Shown here piece by piece: positions 48,484-54,154 of a stretch of 54,154 bases of DNA. The stretch lies in the NCBI GenBank assembly GCA_029288615.1, contig JARIGV010000032.1, forward strand, positions 1 through 54,154. The letters run 5' to 3'. The stretch is from Candidatus Tayloriibacteriota bacterium (lineage in GTDB: Bacteria > Patescibacteriota > Minisyncoccia > Phycocordibacterales > CAIRYW01). The position numbers and the translations under genes are program-made. The number at the start of each line of letters is the position of its first letter. Within the stretch, counting starts at the first letter, position 1. Under the pieces are notes generated by a model, which was given only the letters and a program-made list of their open reading frames with translations, searched no databases and was not told the DNA's origin.

Positions 48484-49452
48484 ATGGCCGAAACAAAAAT
48501 TTTACTTCCAGGAAAACCAAAGATCGTGAAGGAGGACGCGATCTCAGGAGTCTTTGAAATCGAAGGCCTTTATCCTGGCTACGGTCACACTCTCGGAAAC
48601 TCTCTCCGACGAATCATTCTTTCATCTATTGAAGGAGCAGCGATCACATCTCTCAAGATCAAGGGAGTTGGTCACGAGTTTTCAGCTATCAACGGCGTTA
48701 AGGAAGATGTCGTTACTCTTATCCTTAACCTCAAAAAGGTTCGTGTTCGCCTCAACACTTCTGAGCCACAGACTCTTACTCTCTCAGTAAAAGGCGCAAA
48801 GAAAGTCACAGCAGCCGACATCAAGGCTCCTGGCCAGGTTGAGATCCTCAATGCTGATCAGTACATCGCTGAGATCACAGAAAAATCTGCAGAACTCGAA
48901 ATTGAAATCGAGGTTCAGAAAGGACTTGGATACGTTCCAAAGGAAGTCATCGCAAAAGAGCGAGTTGAGATCGGTACAATTTCAGTTGATGCAATCTTTA
49001 GCCCAGTGCGACGTGTTGCATACGAAGTTGAGAACATGCGAGTAGGAGACCGAACAGACTTCAACAAACTCCGCATCTACATTGAAACTGACGGAAGCCT
49101 TTCTGCAAAGGAAGCCCTCGAGAAATCTATTGTCATCATGATCGAGCAGCTTAAGGCTATTGTTGGTTTCAAGGAAGAAGAACCAGTTGAGGTTGCGGCA
49201 CCAGAGGCATCTGCGAAAGAAGAGGCTCCAAAAAAGAACCGTGAGGATCTTGAGGAGACATATAAGACTCGAGTAGAGTCTCTCGACCTTTCACAGCGCA
49301 CAATCAACGCTCTTACAAATGCAAACATCCGAACACTCGGAGGACTTGCACGAAAGAAGGAAAAGGATCTTCTTGAGGTAGATGGACTTGGAACAAAGGG
49401 CATCATGGAGATCAAGGCTATGCTCAAAGGATTCGGTATTGAACTTAAATAA
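48484..49452 (+). CDS. rpoA: RNA polymerase alpha subunit
   Basis: GYGHTLGNSLRRI, HEF, DAIFSPV, alpha-CTD. Confidence 0.97.
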   Translation: MAETKILLPGKPKIVKEDAISGVFEIEGLYPGYGHTLGNSLRRIILSSIEGAAITSLKIKGVGHEFSAINGVKEDVVTLILNLKKVRVRLNTSEPQTLTLSVKGAKKVTAADIKAPGQVEILNADQYIAEITEKSAELEIEIEVQKGLGYVPKEVIAKERVEIGTISVDAIFSPVRRVAYEVENMRVGDRTDFNKLRIYIETDGSLSAKEALEKSIVIMIEQLKAIVGFKEEEPVEVAAPEASAKEEAPKKNREDLEETYKTRVESLDLSQRTINALTNANIRTLGGLARKKEKDLLEVDGLGTKGIMEIKAMLKGFGIELK

Positions 49453-49471
49453 ATTTTAAACGGACACGACA

Positions 49472-49825
49472 ATGCGACACCACAAGAACAAAAGAAAATT
49501 CGGACTCACTAAGAACAAGAGAAATGCACTTCTTAAGACTCTTGCGGTGTCTCTTATTCGCGATGGAAAGATAAAGACGACAGCAGCAAAAGCAAAAGAG
49601 CTTCGACCATTCGTTGAAAAGCTTGTTACAATCGCTAAAGCTGATACTCTCGCTTCAAAGCGACTTATCGCAAGCCGCATCGGAGCTGGAGTTTCTGCAA
49701 AGAAGCTTTTCGCTGAGATCGTACCAGCACACAAGGAGCGAAAAGGAGGCTACACACGAGTTATCAAGCTTCCAAATCGAGCAAAGGACGCGAGCCCGAT
49801 GGCACTTATTGAATTCGTCAAATAA
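49472..49825 (+). CDS. rplQ: 50S ribosomal protein L17
   Basis: MRH, IKTT..KAKE, GGYTR. Confidence 0.97.
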   Translation: MRHHKNKRKFGLTKNKRNALLKTLAVSLIRDGKIKTTAAKAKELRPFVEKLVTIAKADTLASKRLIASRIGAGVSAKKLFAEIVPAHKERKGGYTRVIKLPNRAKDASPMALIEFVK

Positions 49826-49842
49826 ATTTAAACAGAGAAGTT

Positions 49843-50184
49843 ATGCATACAATCGACGCAACAAATCAGAAACTAGGACGAGTGGCAAGCCAGGCCGCAG
49901 CTCTTCTTTGTGGTAAAGCAAGCACAGACTTCGCTCGAAACAAAATGCCAGTGACAAAAGTTGAGATCACAAACGCATCAAAGATTTCTATCACTGAGAC
50001 AAAGAAGAAGACAAAGACTCATTCACGATATTCTGGCTACCCATCAGGACTTAAGAAAGAAACTCTCGAGAGAACAATCGAGAAGAAAGGATATTCAGAA
50101 ATTATTCGAAAGGCAGTATCTGGAATGCTTCCTAAAAACAAGCTCCGCTCAAAGATGCTTCTTAATCTTAAGGTTTCTGAATAA
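49843..50184 (+). CDS. rplM: 50S ribosomal protein L13
   Basis: IDA..LGRVAS, SGYPSG, AV.GMLPKN. Confidence 0.95.
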   Translation: MHTIDATNQKLGRVASQAAALLCGKASTDFARNKMPVTKVEITNASKISITETKKKTKTHSRYSGYPSGLKKETLERTIEKKGYSEIIRKAVSGMLPKNKLRSKMLLNLKVSE

Positions 50185-50195
50185 ATAGAAAGACT

Positions 50196-50597
50196 ATGGC
50201 AAAAGAAAACACATACATTGAAGCAATTGGACGACGAAAGACCTCAGTAGCTCGAGTGCGCATCACTCCAGACTCTAAAGGCGGCGTTACAGTAAACAAC
50301 AAGAATCTTCCTGAAGCTTTCCCAACAGCACTTCTTCAGAAGACTGTTCTCGAAGCTCTCGACAAAGCAGCAGACAAAGGAAAGTTTAAGGTAACAGCAA
50401 TGGTAAAGGGAGGTGGTATCACATCACAGGCAGAATCAGTTCGCCTTGGTATCTCACGAGCTCTCGTAGAATATGATCACACTCTAAGAGGTACTCTCAA
50501 GAAAGAAGGATATCTCAAGCGAGATCCACGATCTAAAGAACGACGAAAGTTCGGTCTCAAGAAAGCCCGAAAGGCACCTCAGTGGAGCAAACGATAA
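50196..50597 (+). CDS. rpsI: 30S ribosomal protein S9
   Basis: GRRKTSVAR, GGG, RDPR.KERRK.GL.KAR..PQWSKR. Confidence 0.97.
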   Translation: MAKENTYIEAIGRRKTSVARVRITPDSKGGVTVNNKNLPEAFPTALLQKTVLEALDKAADKGKFKVTAMVKGGGITSQAESVRLGISRALVEYDHTLRGTLKKEGYLKRDPRSKERRKFGLKKARKAPQWSKR

Positions 50598-50601
50598 CAC
50601 C

Positions 50602-50627
50602 AAATCCCTCAATCGAGGGATTTTTTT
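50602..50627 (+). terminator. Intrinsic terminator after rpsI
   Basis: AAATCCCTC-AATC-GAGGGATTT followed by a T run. Confidence 0.8.
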
Positions 50628-50720
50628 ATTGTGCTCCACAAAAAAGGGGCTGTGGAAAGATCACTTCTTGAATTTGCACACTGTTATACAATTAAATAGT
50701 TATCCATTTAATACATTTGT

Positions 50721-51104
50721 ATGTCATTCGAAGAAATACCACAGGAAGGTGTAGAAGAAACTCCGGAGGAAAAGATTGAAAGCATGTTTAAGCCAGAACA
50801 GGTAGAAGCTGATATTGATAACGCCATCGCAGAAATAAAAAAGAAACGCAGTGGTCTATTTCGAAATAGTTTCAAAAGAGAGAACGAAGAAGAGATTATC
50901 GGGGAAATCATGGATGTTATAGCGGAGAAATATAGCATCAATCAAGATATGGTGCTCAACAACACTCCTGAAGTTGATGAGGAGTCAGACGAGGAGGAAA
51001 TAGCGGAACACGCAAGACAAACCATAGAAACAAACAGGGCGACAGATTTTGTACTTACATACACAAACAAAAAGATTGCGGAAGCACTGGAAAAGTATTG
51101 GTAA
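50721..51104 (+). CDS. Acidic hypothetical protein
   Basis: 127-aa Glu-rich ORF between rpsI and grpE. Confidence 0.6.
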   Translation: MSFEEIPQEGVEETPEEKIESMFKPEQVEADIDNAIAEIKKKRSGLFRNSFKRENEEEIIGEIMDVIAEKYSINQDMVLNNTPEVDEESDEEEIAEHARQTIETNRATDFVLTYTNKKIAEALEKYW

Positions 51105-51127
51105 GAAAGAGCCAATGTATTACAAAG

Positions 51128-51159
51128 AAAAAACAGTGGCTTAAAATCTACTGTTTTTT
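51128..51159 (+). terminator. Probable terminator
   Basis: AAAAAACAGTGG...CTACTGTTTTTT inverted repeat. Confidence 0.5.
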
Positions 51160-51201
51160 ATTTCTTGCAATCTCCAAAAAATCTTTTACAATGCACATAC
51201 T

Positions 51202-51789
51202 ATGCAAGATGAAAACTCAAACACACCAATGAATGACGAAGAAAACGATGTAACAATCGACGGAACAGATCTCGATGACAGCGTCGTGTCTGAAGAACAC
51301 GCAGGCGATACAATAAAGAAACTCCGAGAGAAATTAAAGATCGCTGAAAAAGAAAAGATCGAATATCTCACATCTCTTCAGCGCGAACGGGCAGACTTCG
51401 TCAATTTCAAGAAACAGCAGGAAAGCGAAAAGAAGGATCTCATCAAATTTGCTTCAGAACGTCTCGTAGATGATCTCATTCCCGTAATGCAAAACTTCGA
51501 CATGGCTTTCGCAAACAAAGAAGCTTGGGAGAAAGTAGATAAAAACTGGCGCACAGGTGTTGAATACATTTACAACCACCTCAAACAAACACTTGAAGGA
51601 AACGGGCTTACTGAGATTAATCCACTCAATGAAAAATTCGATATCATGCGAGACGAAGCACTCGAGCATGTTCCTGTGGAGTCAAAAGATAAAGACGGTA
51701 TCGTCATTGAAGTTGTACAAAAAGGATATAAACTCAACGGCAAAGTCATCCGCCCAGCGAGAGTGAAAGTAGGGGAGTTTAAGAATTAG
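51202..51789 (+). CDS. grpE: Nucleotide exchange factor GrpE
   Basis: RADFVNFKK, LIPV, EVVQKGY.LNG.VIRPA.VKV. Confidence 0.95.
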   Translation: MQDENSNTPMNDEENDVTIDGTDLDDSVVSEEHAGDTIKKLREKLKIAEKEKIEYLTSLQRERADFVNFKKQQESEKKDLIKFASERLVDDLIPVMQNFDMAFANKEAWEKVDKNWRTGVEYIYNHLKQTLEGNGLTEINPLNEKFDIMRDEALEHVPVESKDKDGIVIEVVQKGYKLNGKVIRPARVKVGEFKN

Positions 51790-51795
51790 ACAGTC

Positions 51796-51823
51796 TTGAA
51801 AAGGCTGAAAAGTTTGGTATAAT
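51796..51823 (+). promoter_or_regulatory. Extended -10 promoter for the leader ORF and dnaK
   Basis: TTGAAA-16nt-TATAAT with TGn extension (TGGTATAAT). Confidence 0.6.
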
Positions 51824-51840
51824 TCTGTTATATTTTTGCA

Positions 51841-52143
51841 ATGCTCACAACACCACGCTCACAATTTGTAGAAAAGATCATCACAAGTCCAGAAGGAATC
51901 GACTTCAAGGTTGTTTTCCTTGTCTACGAAGAAAACGGCAAGGTAAAAGGACACTTCGTCTCTGCGACACCCGTTTCCGCACCAGCCCAAGCAGCAGACG
52001 AGCACATCCTCGCACTTGGCGGAAAGATTGAGAAAAATCTTTTCTTCCAGATCTTCGAGAAAATAGAGAAGAAAGTAATTCCTTCTCCATACTCATCACT
52101 TTTGTATTTCAAAGGAAGCATTCCTCGTGCTCCGGCCTTTTAA
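51841..52143 (+). CDS. Hypothetical 100-aa protein upstream of dnaK, C-terminal RAP motif (candidate arrest peptide)
   Basis: Small beta-rich N-terminal domain, Ala/Pro linker, C-terminus SPYSSLLYFKGSIPRAPAF. Confidence 0.6.
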   Translation: MLTTPRSQFVEKIITSPEGIDFKVVFLVYEENGKVKGHFVSATPVSAPAQAADEHILALGGKIEKNLFFQIFEKIEKKVIPSPYSSLLYFKGSIPRAPAF

Positions 52144-52158
52144 ATAAACCCTAAAAAT

Positions 52159-52185
52159 CTGCAAAGTTTTTCTTTGCGGTTTTTT
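52159..52185 (+). terminator. Terminator/attenuator-like hairpin between the leader ORF and dnaK
   Basis: CTGCAAAG-TTTTT-CTTTGCGG followed by T6. Confidence 0.5.
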
Positions 52186-52228
52186 CGCATGTCTTATTAG
52201 CTCTATTAAATTAATCTCATTCAAATTT

Positions 52229-54121
52229 ATGTCTAAAATAATTGGAATCGACCTCGGAACAACAAACTCTGCGGTCGCAGTGATGGAAGCAGGTGCTCCA
52301 AAGATCCTCGAAAATGCCGAGGGTGCACGCACAACGCCATCTATCGTTGCTGAATCAAAGGGAGGCGAACGACTCGCTGGCCTTCTTGCACGTCGACAGG
52401 CTGTCACAAACCCTACAAACACTATCTTCCAGATCAAACGATTCATCGGCCACACATTCGACGAGCCGGGAGTACAGAAAGATAAAGCATCTGTGCCTTA
52501 CAAAGTTGAGAAATCAGCAAATGGCGGTATCGAAGTAGAAATGGCTGGAAAGAAATATCGACCAGAAGAAATTTCTGCAATGATTCTTCAGAAACTAAAG
52601 GCAGATGCGGAAGCTCGCCTCGGGGAAAAAGTAACAGAAGCTGTGATTACAGTGCCGGCATACTTCAACGACGCACAGCGACAGGCCACAAAAGATGCAG
52701 GAAAGATCGCAGGTCTTGATGTAAAACGAATCATCAACGAGCCAACAGCAGCAGCTCTCGCATACGGATTCAACAAAAAGAAAGATGAAAAAATCGTTGT
52801 GTTCGACTTCGGTGGAGGTACATTTGATATCTCAGTTCTCGAAGTCGGAGATGATGTTGTTGAAGTAAAATCAACAGACGGGGACGCTCACCTTGGAGGT
52901 AAAGATATCGACCAGAAGATCATCGGCTTTCTTGCAGAAGAATTCAAAAAGGAATCTGGTATTGATGTTCGAAGCGACGCACTCGCTCTCCAGCGACTCG
53001 ATGAAGCAGCAGAAAAGGCAAAGATTGAGCTCTCAACAGCAGTACAGACTGAAGTAAACATTCCATTCATCACATCAGATGCTTCAGGACCACGACACCT
53101 CATCATCACTCTCACACGAGCAAAGCTTGAAGAACTCACAGGAGAATTTATCGAACGAGCGATGTCTATCACAAAGCGAGCGATGGAAGCATCACCATTT
53201 AAGATCGGGGATATCAACGAAGTAATCCTCGTTGGAGGACAGACTCGAATGCCAGCTCTCCAGGCTGCAGTAAAAGCATACTTCGGCAAAGAGCCAAACA
53301 TGAGTGTAAACCCAGACGAAGTAGTAGCACTCGGTGCTGCAATCCAGGCTGGAATTCTCGCAGGAGATGTTAAAGATGTACTTCTTCTCGATGTGATCCC
53401 GCTTTCACTCGGCATCGAAACAATGGGATCAGTAGCAACAAAACTTATCGAAAAGAACACAACTATTCCAACATCAAAGTCACAAGTATTCTCAACAGCA
53501 AGTGACAATCAGACATCTGTAGAGATCCACATCGTGCAGGGTGAACGAGCAATGGCGAAAGACAACAAATCTCTCGGCCGATTCATTCTCGATGGTATTC
53601 CACCAGCACCGCGAGGTATCCCACAGGTTGAAGTAACATTCGATGTTGATGCAAACGGAATCCTTAACGTAAAAGCAAAAGACAAATCAACAGGAAAAGA
53701 GCAGTCGATCCGTATCGAAGCAAGCTCAGGTCTTTCAAAAGAAGAGATCGAGAAAATGCAGAAAGATGCTGAGATGCATGCAGAAGAAGATAAGAACAAC
53801 AAAGAAATGGTTGATCTTCGAAACACTGCAGACCAGGCGATCTACACGGCTGAAAAAGCTATCAAAGATAATGGAGATAAAATTCCAGAAGATCTCAAGA
53901 AAAGCATTGAAGAAAAATCAGCAGCCCTCAAGAAAGATAAAGAGGGAACAGATAAGGCAGCACTAGAGAAATCTATCGAGGCGCTTTCAGCTGAGATCTC
54001 AAAGATCGGTGAGATGATGGCAAAGAATGCACAAAACGCAGGACAGCAGACACCTGGAGCAGATCAGAAACCAGAGGAACCAACTCGAGACGCAGAGACG
54101 AAACCCGAGGAAGGAAAATAA
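52229..54121 (+). CDS. dnaK: Chaperone DnaK (Hsp70)
   Basis: [39 protein letters not shown] linker. Confidence 0.98.
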   Translation: MSKIIGIDLGTTNSAVAVMEAGAPKILENAEGARTTPSIVAESKGGERLAGLLARRQAVTNPTNTIFQIKRFIGHTFDEPGVQKDKASVPYKVEKSANGGIEVEMAGKKYRPEEISAMILQKLKADAEARLGEKVTEAVITVPAYFNDAQRQATKDAGKIAGLDVKRIINEPTAAALAYGFNKKKDEKIVVFDFGGGTFDISVLEVGDDVVEVKSTDGDAHLGGKDIDQKIIGFLAEEFKKESGIDVRSDALALQRLDEAAEKAKIELSTAVQTEVNIPFITSDASGPRHLIITLTRAKLEELTGEFIERAMSITKRAMEASPFKIGDINEVILVGGQTRMPALQAAVKAYFGKEPNMSVNPDEVVALGAAIQAGILAGDVKDVLLLDVIPLSLGIETMGSVATKLIEKNTTIPTSKSQVFSTASDNQTSVEIHIVQGERAMAKDNKSLGRFILDGIPPAPRGIPQVEVTFDVDANGILNVKAKDKSTGKEQSIRIEASSGLSKEEIEKMQKDAEMHAEEDKNNKEMVDLRNTADQAIYTAEKAIKDNGDKIPEDLKKSIEEKSAALKKDKEGTDKAALEKSIEALSAEISKIGEMMAKNAQNAGQQTPGADQKPEEPTRDAETKPEEGK

Positions 54122-54126
54122 AGGAA

Positions 54127-54152
54127 TGCGCCGCCGCCAAGGCGGCGGCGCA
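54127..54152. repeat. GC-rich perfect palindrome after dnaK
   Basis: TGCGCCGCCGCC-AA-GGCGGCGGCGCA; the window ends before any U tract can be seen. Confidence 0.6.
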
Positions 54153-54154
54153 CC

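Noticed and set aside
51105-52228. CIRCE/HrcA operator for grpE-dnaK
   Set aside because: No TTAGCACTC-N9-GAGTGCTAA match upstream of grpE, the leader ORF or dnaK.

Overview
Chromosomal segment of a small-genome bacterium, most likely Patescibacteria (CPR, Parcubacteria-like), genetic code 11. The taxon is inferred from gene content: short AlaS, archaeal-type PyrH, baseplate-J-like and sigma-r4/wHTH genes, AT-rich starts without Shine-Dalgarno. Bases 1-5.6 kb form an AT-rich accessory island: partial OLD-family ATPase/TOPRIM nuclease, PIN protein, a multi-hairpin tRNA-like element and two HEPN-like proteins. The rest is mostly core: CDF transporter, FAD oxidoreductase, class I RNR with class Ic (Mn/Fe) R2 signature, tsaC, pyrH, a complete F-type ATP synthase operon, partial riboflavin genes, ahcY plus a PfkB kinase, three MltG paralogues, ychF, LeuS with NUDIX and HAD inserts, mnmA, DNA repair genes, alaS, infA-rpmJ-rpsMKD-rpoA-rplQM-rpsI, grpE and dnaK. 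The best novelty leads are (i) a leader ORF ending in an RAP motif with its own promoter and a terminator-like hairpin just upstream of dnaK, (ii) an unassigned ~215-nt structured RNA after mnmA, and (iii) the OLD-PIN/HEPN island. All calls come from reading motifs by eye; no searches were run.
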